From positions 81,967-145,966 of the forward strand of contig JASKKP010000001.1 of the NCBI GenBank assembly GCA_030154105.1: a DNA stretch of 64,000 bases. The letters run 5' to 3'. The translations under genes and the position numbers were made by a program. Origin of the DNA: Bacillota bacterium. GTDB taxonomy: Bacteria > Bacillota > DTU030 > DUMP01. Shown here in pieces: positions 19,814-29,287 of the stretch. The first letter of the stretch is position 1. Each line of letters starts with the position of its first letter. The notes under the pieces are model-generated. The model did no database searches. It worked only from the letters and a program-made list of their open reading frames with translations, and was not told the DNA's origin.

Positions 19814-21216
19814 GGCATTCGTTCCTCGAAGCGTTTAAACGCCGCCTGACTGTTGCGTTGTCCCAACAACTTCATGTTTCGCAACCCATACACACACTGA
19901 AGGCCAAGGACATGGTGAGCAAAAAGTTCAATGCTGCGCCCAAAATGCCTAGTTCTTTGGACCTTGAACACCTTATGTTGAAGATTAAGAAGCTGTGGCG
20001 GGAATACGGGGAAGAGGGACTAAAGAAACTTACCTATGTAGAAATCGGCCGTCTGCCGTGGGTTTTGTTTTACGGTGAACCACCTAAGATAGCCGATGAC
20101 CCTGAACTTACGAGAGCCATACTGCGTTTGGCGAAAAAACGAGGAAGAAGAGACTTGGCCAACCTAATCCATGTCTATTTTCTTTTCTATGACCCTTTGG
20201 TTCCCGGAACTGAACTTCTCAGGGAGTACATAACCACGTCGCTGGCACAATACAACGGAAAAGCACCTCGGATAACCAGTTGGCAAAAAAGAGCTTTTCC
20301 ATTATTTACTTCAGACGGTCCGCTGAATACTGCTAAGTGGTTGATAACCCAGGAAAGTAGTCACGCTAGTCTTCTTTCCACGGAGTTAGGGTTGGACGGT
20401 GAGTTGGGTCATGGTTCTTTCGCCAAGCATCTAGTGCGCCACGTTATTGAACTGGCGGGAAGTTATTTTCCTGCCGGCTTAGATACCGCTATTGACTTAC
20501 TCCAAAATGGTCCTGCCTTCCAGGACTTGATACCATACGCGGCAAATAAATTCATTACTAAGGCTGGGCTAGAGTGTGTTGATAGTGTAAGAACTAAGCT
20601 GAAGACCTTCTTTCTTAAGACCCTTGGTGACCCCAGGGTAATTGGCAACAGGTATAGGTGGGGACCAGTCAGCCCAGAAGCGAAGCGAATCTTTACTCAG
20701 TGGATTTCCAAAGAGGACCTGGAATTTTTCTTTAATTTAGTAGACCGTTCTTCTGGCAACCGGAAATGGATTTACCGGCGGACTTTTTGGGAAACTTACT
20801 TACCCTATATGGAAAACACCTGGGTGGCGCTAGGACAGCGGGCGAGAGATTTAATAAACCAAGCAGAGATGAAAGAGCATCTAGAAAACCGCAAATTCGG
20901 CAGCTTGGAAGGAGCGGGGACTACTTCGCAAAGTGTTTTTTTCGTGCAAATGAGAGGGTACCTATTTGTGGAATGGAGTCATGATGGTGGCTGCCGGGTT
21001 TTCAAGCAAACCGACGGCAACGAACAAATTGTATTGGGGAAACAGACTTACCATGCTTCCCAGCTCCGAAGAAACGATTACGTTCTTTACGTCCGGCACA
21101 ATGCCAGCGAAAATTATTCATGGCAGAACAGGCTTGCCCAATGGATTATGCTCCACTTGGGCATTAAGCCGGTAAAATCATACCGAGTAGATGACCGAAA
21201 ACGTTACTTGGCTTGA
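19810..21216 (+). CDS. zorC: Zorya ZorC (EH-signature domain protein)
   Basis: F...R--FW--Y and VEWSHDGGCRVF EH-signature-like motifs; overlaps the zorB stop. Confidence 0.82.
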   Translation: MRHSFLEAFKRRLTVALSQQLHVSQPIHTLKAKDMVSKKFNAAPKMPSSLDLEHLMLKIKKLWREYGEEGLKKLTYVEIGRLPWVLFYGEPPKIADDPELTRAILRLAKKRGRRDLANLIHVYFLFYDPLVPGTELLREYITTSLAQYNGKAPRITSWQKRAFPLFTSDGPLNTAKWLITQESSHASLLSTELGLDGELGHGSFAKHLVRHVIELAGSYFPAGLDTAIDLLQNGPAFQDLIPYAANKFITKAGLECVDSVRTKLKTFFLKTLGDPRVIGNRYRWGPVSPEAKRIFTQWISKEDLEFFFNLVDRSSGNRKWIYRRTFWETYLPYMENTWVALGQRARDLINQAEMKEHLENRKFGSLEGAGTTSQSVFFVQMRGYLFVEWSHDGGCRVFKQTDGNEQIVLGKQTYHASQLRRNDYVLYVRHNASENYSWQNRLAQWIMLHLGIKPVKSYRVDDRKRYLA

Positions 21217-21287
21217 CAAAAAGATCATACACGCAGGCAGCTTTCTTATTGAGAAAGTCTCAGGGAGCCTTATTGAGGTGAATTGCT

Positions 21288-24200
21288 ATGGAACTTAGTA
21301 ATAGGGTGTGGCGAGTCAACGACGATGGTTTTGTTTGTCCGTTTGATGCTCAGAGTGCTCCTACTAATGTTCGGCAACAGATTCTTACCCAATTGTTAGA
21401 AGAAGAGCGGGCAGTTGCCGGCAACAGTGAGATACTGATCCCACATAAAGTAGTCGCGGAATTACCAGAGGAAGAACGTTCACTTCTAGAACTACCTGAT
21501 TCCTACCCCTTTACTGTTGAAATCAGGGCGTCCGGGAACCTGACTGCAAAAGACCTCAAATACGTTTATTATTTTCGTGACGGTTCCGGTCGGCCATTCT
21601 TCTTTGCCAAACGCATAGGATCGTGCTTAAGGATTGATGAGGAGCAAATTTACCTGTTAACAGGCCAGTTGTACTGGCTAATTGAAGCGATAGATTCTTT
21701 TAATGCCCGCAATCCTGAAGCATTAGGACGTTCGGAGGCAATTAAAGAAAATCTCTTGGAGTTTGCGAAAATTAAAGGTTTAGCAGAGGCCACTGGAGCC
21801 GTTCTCGATTTATTTTTGAATAAGGAACAGGTTTTGGTTCCGAGTGGGCTGACTGTGCGTCTGCATCGATGCGAAGATGGAGCCATAGAAATTGAGCCAG
21901 TTCTTACCCGTATAACCGAAGATGATGGAACGCGAGCTACTGAGCTTCTCAACGACGAGCAGCAGGCGGAATTTCTTAAAAGGTTCGATAAGTTTAATGT
22001 GGTTCGCGACCTGTATGATATTCCAAATGGGCCAAAGATTGTTCTCGACGATAAGATAAAAGAGGCTCTTAAGGAGTTCAAACGGTTCCGCCGGGTTTCT
22101 GGCCAGGCAAAAGAGGCTATACTTTATTCGCCTCAGATCGTGTTTGATCCTGAAACGGTAAACTTAGACGACTTCAGCGATAGGGTTATTGAAATAGGTG
22201 AACACCCGTGTCGAAGTTTCCCTTTCCCGCAGGCTTTGCGAGAAGCTTGGCTTCCGGCTGAAGAAGGAGAGGATGTGGAAAATCCTGAGCTATCTGGCAA
22301 GGATAGTGGGCCTGAACTTACGCAAGATGAAAGCACGCCTTATGCAGAAGGGGCAGGCAACATTATTTACGGTGAAGGGACAGAGGACAGGAGTGGTACG
22401 GAGCAAGTATGTGCTGAGACAAGGCCCCATTATGTTGCCGACAAATCTTGTGTAGCGGGACAATACAGTCTGGTAATTAAAGACAATTTTTATGATGTAG
22501 AGTTCGAGACTGCTCTAGAACAGCGCAGCAGTAAGATGAGACTTCCTCGAAGCCTAAGGCCGGAAGTTCAACTGCTGCCCCATCAGAAAGAGGGCCTCCA
22601 GTGGCTGCAACGCATGTACCTGGAAGGGCGAAGAGGGGCGCTGTTGGCGGACGACATGGGATTAGGGAAGACTCTTCAGGCCCTCGCGTTCCTGGCCTGG
22701 GTTCAAGAATGCAATGAAGCTGAAGGCAAACCGAATAAACCCATGCTTATTGTTGCCCCAGTTGCTTTATTGGAGAACTGGAAACGAGAATATGAGCGTT
22801 TTTTGGACCCCGTATTTGGGCCGCTTGTCGACTTATATGGTTCTGGATTAAACGGATTTAAGGCGACTCATATGCCAATCGTACCCGATGACGAATTGAG
22901 GGAAATCATTAAAGGCGCTGTTGAAAAAGGTAAATGGCTTGAAGCTAGCAAGTTACAAAGATGCGGAGCTGTGCTGACTACTTATGAAACACTACGGGAT
23001 TATCAGGTGGCACTAGGTAGGGTTAACTGGGCCGTTATGGTCCTTGACGAATGCCAAAAAATAAAGAATCCGACCGCACTTGTAACAGGAGCAGCTAAGG
23101 GCATGAAATATGACTTTGGGTTATGTCTAACTGGAACTCCCGTTGAGAACAGTCTGGTAGACCTTTGGAGCATTATGGATTTTGCTTGTCCGGGGCACTT
23201 GGGCTCCTTGAAGAATTTTGTTTCCAAATACCACACTCCTTTAGCCAAACCTGAGACTAACAGGGAAAAACTCGGTATGGAACTGCGACAGCATGTGGGT
23301 TCATTGATGCTGCGTCGCCTAAAAGACAACTACCTGCACGGATTACCCGAGAAACAGGTGCACCTTTGTCCTGCAGAAATGCCTCCGGAACAGCTTAATA
23401 GATATAAGGATATAATCAGAAGAGCACGACAGACCTTACCCGATCGTTACTATGGAAACCGGAAAGAACACATCTTTAAGATTATCCAAGAACTAAGGAA
23501 AGTGTCTTTGCATCCATACCTGGATTATGACGAAAGGGCGCTCGAACAAATACCTGATGAAGCTATCATTCGAGCTTCAGCGAGGCTGGCGAAGGCTGTA
23601 GAGATTCTAGATCAGGTTAGAGATAAGAAAGAAAAAGCCATAGTCTACCTAATTGACCGCAAGCTGCAGCGAGTCCTACAACGGTTGTTGTATAACAGAT
23701 ATGCTATACGAGCGGCGATAATCAACGGGACAGTATCAGCTTGCCGAAGACAATTTATGGTAGATGACTTTCAGAACAAGGAAGGTTTTAATGTAATTAT
23801 AATGTCTCCTGAGGCAGCAGGAGTCGGCCTCAACATCACAGCTGCCAATCATGTCATCCATTTAAGCAGGGAATGGAACCCTGCAAAAGAAGATCAAGCG
23901 ACCGATCGGGTGTACCGCATTGGACAAGAACGAACCGTTCACGTTTATATTCCTCTAGCAGTGCATGCTAGCTTTGGTACTGGAGCAGGAGAGGGTACAT
24001 TCGATCAAAAACTGCATAGGTTACTTGAATCCAAGAGGCAACTGAGTCGCGCAGTTCTCATGCCGGCATTTATAGAAGAAAGCGAGATGCAGCAGCTTGG
24101 AGAAGAGTTGTTAACCTTGGACCTGACAGAGGAAGAGACCGAAGCTAGCGTTCTGTCAATAGAGGACATCGACAGAATGCAACCCGAAGCTTTTGAAAAG

Positions 24201-24566
24201 GTTGTTGCCGCCCTGTACAGAAAAATGAGTTACGAGATTTTCCTTACTCCCTCGAGAGGAGACATGGGGGCCGATGTTATTGCGCTAAGCGAATCTAAAC
24301 CATCATGCCTGATTCAATGTAAACACCACCTTGACCCCTCCAAAGCTCAGGGCATGTCGGCTGTTCAAGAAGTCAGTTCAGCCGCTGGGATATACGAGCG
24401 GCAATATGACAAGCATTTTAAAACGGTGGTCATTACAAATGCAGTGCGTTTTACAGATTCGGCCGTGGAGTTGGCCAGGAGCAACGGGGTCGATTTGATT
24501 GCTAGAAAAGGACTAGCAAAGATGTTGGAGGAGACCCAAATCTCCTGGGCGGATCTCGAAATCTAG
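21288..24566 (+). CDS. zorD: Zorya ZorD (SNF2 helicase with C-terminal Mrr-like nuclease)
   Basis: LADDMGLGKT, LDECQKIKN, TGTPVEN, QATDRVYRIGQ; C-terminal FE--V--LY...GD-GAD...IQCK Mrr-type motif. Confidence 0.9.
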   Translation: MELSNRVWRVNDDGFVCPFDAQSAPTNVRQQILTQLLEEERAVAGNSEILIPHKVVAELPEEERSLLELPDSYPFTVEIRASGNLTAKDLKYVYYFRDGSGRPFFFAKRIGSCLRIDEEQIYLLTGQLYWLIEAIDSFNARNPEALGRSEAIKENLLEFAKIKGLAEATGAVLDLFLNKEQVLVPSGLTVRLHRCEDGAIEIEPVLTRITEDDGTRATELLNDEQQAEFLKRFDKFNVVRDLYDIPNGPKIVLDDKIKEALKEFKRFRRVSGQAKEAILYSPQIVFDPETVNLDDFSDRVIEIGEHPCRSFPFPQALREAWLPAEEGEDVENPELSGKDSGPELTQDESTPYAEGAGNIIYGEGTEDRSGTEQVCAETRPHYVADKSCVAGQYSLVIKDNFYDVEFETALEQRSSKMRLPRSLRPEVQLLPHQKEGLQWLQRMYLEGRRGALLADDMGLGKTLQALAFLAWVQECNEAEGKPNKPMLIVAPVALLENWKREYERFLDPVFGPLVDLYGSGLNGFKATHMPIVPDDELREIIKGAVEKGKWLEASKLQRCGAVLTTYETLRDYQVALGRVNWAVMVLDECQKIKNPTALVTGAAKGMKYDFGLCLTGTPVENSLVDLWSIMDFACPGHLGSLKNFVSKYHTPLAKPETNREKLGMELRQHVGSLMLRRLKDNYLHGLPEKQVHLCPAEMPPEQLNRYKDIIRRARQTLPDRYYGNRKEHIFKIIQELRKVSLHPYLDYDERALEQIPDEAIIRASARLAKAVEILDQVRDKKEKAIVYLIDRKLQRVLQRLLYNRYAIRAAIINGTVSACRRQFMVDDFQNKEGFNVIIMSPEAAGVGLNITAANHVIHLSREWNPAKEDQATDRVYRIGQERTVHVYIPLAVHASFGTGAGEGTFDQKLHRLLESKRQLSRAVLMPAFIEESEMQQLGEELLTLDLTEEETEASVLSIEDIDRMQPEAFEKVVAALYRKMSYEIFLTPSRGDMGADVIALSESKPSCLIQCKHHLDPSKAQGMSAVQEVSSAAGIYERQYDKHFKTVVITNAVRFTDSAVELARSNGVDLIARKGLAKMLEETQISWADLEI

Positions 24567-24574
24567 CAAAAGTT

Positions 24575-24825
24575 GGGAGTATCTAAGCCGGGTGGCAGCG
24601 TTTATGCGTTTTCCCAGTTTAAGGTTGCCAGACATCAGGACCGGCTATTTTGTCTCTATGAACCGCCTGTGGCCAGTCCATTAACCCGTGCCTTCTCCAC
24701 CTGCTTGAGCAGGGGGTCAAGGGTTTGATCTGAGGGAAGCGGGCAGCCTTGCCCCGGCGTTTGCGCTGGTTGTCCTGCCTCTACTTAAGCTCTCGCTGGA
24801 GCACAGCACGCGGAAACTCCTCACA
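24575..24825 (-). pseudogene. Decayed IS21-family istB (helper AAA+ ATPase) fragment
   Basis: Across stops and frameshifts reads EEFPRAVLQRELK*RQDNQRKRRGKAARFPQIKPL / KARVNGLATG / RFIETK*PVLMSGNLKLGK, matching the IstB N-terminus to a degenerate Walker A. Confidence 0.7.
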
Positions 24826-24846
24826 GCCCCAACGCTGCTGGGTGTG

Positions 24847-25108
24847 CGGAAATGGATGGACGATGTGGATATTTTTCGGAGTGCAAGATCTGGTTAGTGG
24901 AGAAATCGGCTATGGCAGCATAATGGGGGCTAGCGGCAACCTTTTTGGTCTGGCTGTGTACATCGGCGACGACAGAACCCAAAATGCTGCCACGCGCACG
25001 GCCCTACAACCGTTGACCCAAAAGTTGGGCGTTACTTTGCTAAAGGTCTGCGCTTTACCCATCATAGGTGCCCTGCGCGAGGAAATGCCACGCTGTTTCG
25101 GCGTTTGA
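24847..25108 (+). pseudogene. Truncated, internally deleted paralog of the 15837-16874 gene
   Basis: FGVQDLVSGEIGYGSIMGASGNLFGLAVY joined directly to TQNAATRTALQPLTQKLG...REEMPRCFGV; ~690 bp missing, +1 frameshift, 5' end replaced by istB relic. Confidence 0.85.
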
Positions 25109-25211
25109 ATTTAGATAAACTATCTATCCCCCATGCAGCCAGTCGGCCGAGCGACCTCAAAAGCGGGCAAGAACCAAAACTCCGGGCCTAATCAAAAAGG
25201 TTCCTTCTGCC

Positions 25212-25841
25212 TCAGTGGGGAGAATCGGTCAATTCAGTCACCTTAATTTTCTCAGGGATGCCAGCCGCTGCCTTTATGACTTCCATTTCTACGTTCCCGA
25301 TTCGGTATACGTTGCCGGAGTTTACCTTCTCGTCGGCTGCCAACTTAAGCACGAGATCTCCGAGTGTCGGGGCCATGTCTTCGGGGATGTGCAGCCCGGT
25401 AATCCTGTTGGCATCTTTAACGGGAGTCATCCCGCTCAGAACAACCCCTTCTACGTGGTCTATCTTAGTGACGTACAGAAACTTCCTGATCGCAAAAAGA
25501 CCGGCTAAAGCCACTACTCCGATGGCTATCTCATAAGTATTAGTGGTGTAGATTAGCATCTTTCTGGCTATCGCGTAGAGCATCACTTCGATGACCATGC
25601 CGGGTGTGTGCTTAATCAGCATCATGGCGAGCTCTAACCCGATGACCAAGAGAAGAACATGAGTTAAAAATCCTTGAAGTAACTCATAGGCTTGAGTCGG
25701 GTCAGTTACCAGCATTGAGTAAAGGCGTTGAACAAGGTTAAAACCACTAATAATCACCGTTAAGATGATGAATACGGCCAGAGCAGTCTCAACCCAGTAT
25801 ACGGTCTTTGCGATGTGGTTTACCGCTTTTCTCACTGTCAT
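25212..25841 (-). CDS. PsiE-like membrane protein with C-terminal transporter-associated (CorC/HlyC-like) domain
   Basis: Four TMs with LLLVIGLEL..ML and EVMLYAIARK; soluble C-terminal domain. Confidence 0.6.
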   Translation of the reverse strand: MTVRKAVNHIAKTVYWVETALAVFIILTVIISGFNLVQRLYSMLVTDPTQAYELLQGFLTHVLLLVIGLELAMMLIKHTPGMVIEVMLYAIARKMLIYTTNTYEIAIGVVALAGLFAIRKFLYVTKIDHVEGVVLSGMTPVKDANRITGLHIPEDMAPTLGDLVLKLAADEKVNSGNVYRIGNVEMEVIKAAAGIPEKIKVTELTDSPH

Positions 25842-25931
25842 CTCTCTCCTTTAATCCCAGAATCCCAGGTGCCGGGCTAGCAGGTTTTTCGAAAGATGTG
25901 GCGAAGTCTTTTAATAAAGGAGGTGGGGACG

Positions 25932-26354
25932 GTGGCCGAAATTGAAGTGGAAGTACAAGGGGTGGCGGTTGATCAGGGTGGCCATCACATGGTCATGCTG
26001 GGCGATAAGGAAAAAAAGAAGCTGCTGCCGATTGTGATTGGCCCAGTTGAAGCAAGGGCAATCTGGATGAACCTCCAGGGGATCACCGCTGAGCGCCCGC
26101 TTACCCACAACCTCCTCAAGAACCTCCTGGACCTCGTTGGCGCTAAAGTGCAAAAGGTCGTTATAACAGACATCAAAGAAGGTACGTTCTACGCTCTACT
26201 GTACCTGGAGCACGGCGGCGAGATTCATAAGGTAGATGCCCGCCCGAGCGATGCCATCGCGCTCGCCCTTGCTTTTAAGGCGCCTATCTACATCGACCTG
26301 CGGCTTATTGAATTTACCTTGGACCCGGCAGACCTAAACATCCAGCATAACTAA
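25932..26354 (+). CDS. Bifunctional nuclease family protein (DUF151)
   Basis: LPIVIG--EA, RPLTH-L, DARPSDAIALA; AAGGAGGTG RBS. Confidence 0.9.
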   Translation: MAEIEVEVQGVAVDQGGHHMVMLGDKEKKKLLPIVIGPVEARAIWMNLQGITAERPLTHNLLKNLLDLVGAKVQKVVITDIKEGTFYALLYLEHGGEIHKVDARPSDAIALALAFKAPIYIDLRLIEFTLDPADLNIQHN

Positions 26355-26378
26355 TGTGTGAACTCTACCAGCAAAGGG

Positions 26379-26411
26379 GCCCGGCACGCAGTGAAAAGCC
26401 GGGCGTTTTTT
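26379..26411 (+). terminator. Intrinsic terminator after DUF151 gene
   Basis: GCCCGGC/GCCGGGC stem followed by T-tract. Confidence 0.6.
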
Positions 26412-26421
26412 AGCCGAGAAG

Positions 26422-27342
26422 GTGGCACGGAAAGTGGCGGGTTGCGAAACGGGAACCGGAAGATTGCGCGAGACATTTTGTAAAAACGCCTTGGTGAAGA
26501 CGGGCATTCCCGGCTACGATTACTGCCTCAACCCTTACACCGGCTGTGCCCACGGCTGCCGCTACTGTTACGCAGAGACTATCTCGCGTTTCCGCTGCGA
26601 GGCAACCGGCTGGGGTGAATGGGTGGCGGCAAAGGTAAACTTTCCGGAGGTGCTCAGGCGGGAGCTTACGCGCCGGCGCCGCCCGCCGGGCCGGGTCCTC
26701 TTTGGTACCGTGACCGATGTGTACCAGCCGGCGGAAGTGAAGTATGGGTTGACGCGTGCTTGCCTACAAGCTTTGGCTGAGCTCCGACAGGAGGTTGAGG
26801 TCACCATCCTTACGAAGTCCGCCCTCGTGTGCCGGGACATGGATGTGCTTAAACGCCTAAGAAACCGCTCGGTAGGTTTTACCATTACGCTTCTGGACGA
26901 ACAGGCGGCGGCCGTATTTGAACCGGGGGCGCCACCGCCCGCGGCGCGCCTTCAGGCGGCGCGGAGCCTCATCGGCGAGGGCATCGCCGTTTGGGTTTTC
27001 ATCGCTCCCCTCCTTCCCGGCGTGGGCGATGCGCCATCGGCCCTGGAGGGCCTGCTTACCGCCATTAAGAAAGCCGGCGTGGAAGAAATACACATGGACC
27101 CCCTTAACCCCTACCCGTCGGCTGTGGAGCACCTTAGGGCCCTATACCGGGACTATTTTCCCCGGGCCGTGCAGCACCTGGAGGACTACCTGCATCACCG
27201 GCACGAGTATCTGAGCGAGCTGGGCAGGTGGTTGCAAGCCCTTGCGGACCAGTTTGACTACGACCTGCAGGCCTCTTGGAGTTTTATCCGTTATGCTCTG
27301 CGTAATTCGGTGGCTAAGAAAAGCCCCATTCTTGTGGGGTGA
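26422..27342 (+). CDS. Radical SAM protein, SplB/Rv2578c-like
   Basis: NPYTGCAHGCRYCYA (CxxxCxxC), TDVYQPAE, ILTKS. Confidence 0.85.
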   Translation: MARKVAGCETGTGRLRETFCKNALVKTGIPGYDYCLNPYTGCAHGCRYCYAETISRFRCEATGWGEWVAAKVNFPEVLRRELTRRRRPPGRVLFGTVTDVYQPAEVKYGLTRACLQALAELRQEVEVTILTKSALVCRDMDVLKRLRNRSVGFTITLLDEQAAAVFEPGAPPPAARLQAARSLIGEGIAVWVFIAPLLPGVGDAPSALEGLLTAIKKAGVEEIHMDPLNPYPSAVEHLRALYRDYFPRAVQHLEDYLHHRHEYLSELGRWLQALADQFDYDLQASWSFIRYALRNSVAKKSPILVG

Positions 27343-27411
27343 CGTAGGAACCATGGGCCGCGGCAACCGGAGCGTGAAGTAGAAGTAAAGGAAGTGGAGG
27401 AGGAAGGACGA

Positions 27412-28302
27412 GTGAGCGGGCGCGAGTTCTACATCGTGGATGTGTTTGCCGAGGAGAAGTACGCCGGTAATCAGCTCGCGGTTTTCACCCAGGGGCACCT
27501 CTATTCCGACGAGGAGATGCAAAAGCTGGCCAAAGAAATGAATTACTCCGAGACCACCTTTATCTTTCCGCAGGAGAGCAGAGGAAACACCTTTAAAGTA
27601 AGGATTTTTACCCCTGCCAGAGAGGTGCCTTTCGCCGGCCACCCGACGCTCGGTACGGCCTATGTAATCCTGAAGGAATTTATGCGTACGCCCGTGCCGG
27701 AAGTCATTCTGGACCTTAAGGTAGGCAAAATTCCGGTCGCCGCCAGCTACACGCCGGCCGGAGAGGTGGACACTCTCCTTATGAAGCAGGTGGAGCCTTC
27801 GTTTGGGGCTACGGTGGACGCGATGAGTGCCGCGGAAATTCTGTCGCTACCCCTAGAGGCGATCGATACGCGCCATCCCGTGCAAGAGGTTTCTACCGGA
27901 TTACCCTTTCTTATCGTTCCACTCAAGACATTAGAGCACGTGCGGGCGGCCAAGGTAGACATGGACTGCTTTGCTAGGCTATGGGATCGCCTTGAGGCGC
28001 GCGCCATCCTGGTATTCTCGCCGGAAACGTATAAGCCCGAAAGCCAGCTCAACGTCCGCGTTTTTGTCCATTACTACGGTATTCCCGAGGATCCGGCCAC
28101 CGGAAGCGGCAACGGCTGTCTCGCGGGGTACCTCTTAAAGCACAACTACTTTAGAGCCCCAAACATCGACCTTAAAGTGGAGCAGGGGTACGAGATAGGC
28201 CGCCCGTCCGCTTTGCGGCTAAAAGGGGACCTGGAAGGCGGCCGGATCAACGTCTACGTAGGCGGGCGGGTTATCCCCGTGGCCAAGGGCAATCTGCTTT
28301 AG
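27412..28302 (+). CDS. PhzF-family isomerase/epimerase
   Basis: DVF...GNQLAV, SETTF, EVPFAGHPTLG, EDPATGS. Confidence 0.9.
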   Translation: MSGREFYIVDVFAEEKYAGNQLAVFTQGHLYSDEEMQKLAKEMNYSETTFIFPQESRGNTFKVRIFTPAREVPFAGHPTLGTAYVILKEFMRTPVPEVILDLKVGKIPVAASYTPAGEVDTLLMKQVEPSFGATVDAMSAAEILSLPLEAIDTRHPVQEVSTGLPFLIVPLKTLEHVRAAKVDMDCFARLWDRLEARAILVFSPETYKPESQLNVRVFVHYYGIPEDPATGSGNGCLAGYLLKHNYFRAPNIDLKVEQGYEIGRPSALRLKGDLEGGRINVYVGGRVIPVAKGNLL

Positions 28303-28355
28303 CCGAGGTTCGATAAAAAACCCCCGGCCTTTTCCGGCCAGGGGCTAAGAGCAAG

Positions 28356-28934
28356 TTATAGATTGCCTTTCAGCCCAATCTCTGCGGCAACGGTCTGCAT
28401 GCCCTTGATGGTTTCTTCGATGATGTAGTCCAAATCCAGGCCGAGCATTTGTGCACCCTTTTCGATAACTTCGCGGTTTACTCCGGCCGCGAAGCTTTTT
28501 TGTTTCCACTTCTTCTTGACGGACTTGGTCTCCAGGTCCAAAATGCTCCGGCTCGGGCGCATAAGGGCGGTGGCCGTGATAAGGCCGGTCAGCTCATCGA
28601 CCGTGTAAAGAACTTTTTCCATACGCTCGGTTGGCTCTACGTCCACACATAAGCCCCAACCATGGCTCTGGACGGCATGTATATAGTCTTCCGGCCAGTC
28701 ATGCTGCCTGAGGATCTCCGCGACTTTTTTGCAGTGTTCGTCCGGGTACATTTCGTAGTCGAGGTCATGCACCAGCCCGACGATATCCCATTTTTCTTTA
28801 TCCGGTTCATTAAATACCTCGGCAAAATGGCGCATCACGGCCTCCACCGCCAGAGCATGCCGGATAAGGCTTTCGTTTTTGTTGTACTCGGTGAGCAATC
28901 TGTAGGCCTCTTCTCGCGTAGGAACATGAGCCAT
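28356..28934 (-). CDS. HD-domain (HDIG-type) hydrolase
   Basis: LIRHALAVE, GLVHDLDYE, VDELTG. Confidence 0.85.
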   Translation of the reverse strand: MAHVPTREEAYRLLTEYNKNESLIRHALAVEAVMRHFAEVFNEPDKEKWDIVGLVHDLDYEMYPDEHCKKVAEILRQHDWPEDYIHAVQSHGWGLCVDVEPTERMEKVLYTVDELTGLITATALMRPSRSILDLETKSVKKKWKQKSFAAGVNREVIEKGAQMLGLDLDYIIEETIKGMQTVAAEIGLKGNL

Positions 28935-29088
28935 ACCAAGACCTTCCTTCTCAGCAAAGTTTGGCTTGTCTTAAATACTAGCCTTTCTAGGGTGGGCTGT
29001 CAAGCTCGGTGGCGCAGGACGATACCTGGGGCTTAGGGCATGATGCCTATCAACATATGATCATTTATAGGTCAATTTTACCAAAAAT

Positions 29089-29117
29089 GGAGGAATTTAT
29101 GCTTAGGTGCAGAATAG
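29089..29117 (+). promoter_or_regulatory. Sigma-H-type promoter
   Basis: AGGA(29091)-17 nt-GAAT(29112), GGAGGAATTT...GCAGAATA. Confidence 0.6.
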
Positions 29118-29287
29118 CTTTTTAGTATAGTGCAGGCCGGGGTCTGTACGGCAAAAAAATTTTAGCCGTTCGCCTTACCCCGACCGTAAATGACGGGGTA
29201 GGCGTATTACAATAAAAGGCAACAGGCAGTTTCTAACGCACTTTCTCCAGAACTGCCGTACTACGGCCGAGATGGGGGACCGTCGCA

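Larger units (their letters stand above)
15393..25200. mobile_element. Defence island immediately downstream of glmS (no intact integrase or transposase seen)
   Basis: Visibly AT-richer than flanks, Zorya cargo, duplicated flanking gene, IS21 relic; right boundary approximate. Confidence 0.6.

Noticed and set aside
24590-24634. Apparent IS21-like terminal inverted repeat (minus strand TGTCTGGCAACCTTAAACTG...)
   Set aside because: It falls inside the decayed istB coding sequence (degenerate Walker A region), points the wrong way for that element, and no partner end or target duplication was found
24655-24700. Group II intron domain 5 (GAACCGCC...)
   Set aside because: Only the first 8 nt match, the hairpin cannot form, and the region is better explained as istB relic
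29135-29270. c-di-GMP-I riboswitch in the BTAD leader
   Set aside because: GGCAAA is present but the GAAA tetraloop/GGGACGCAAAGC core is absent
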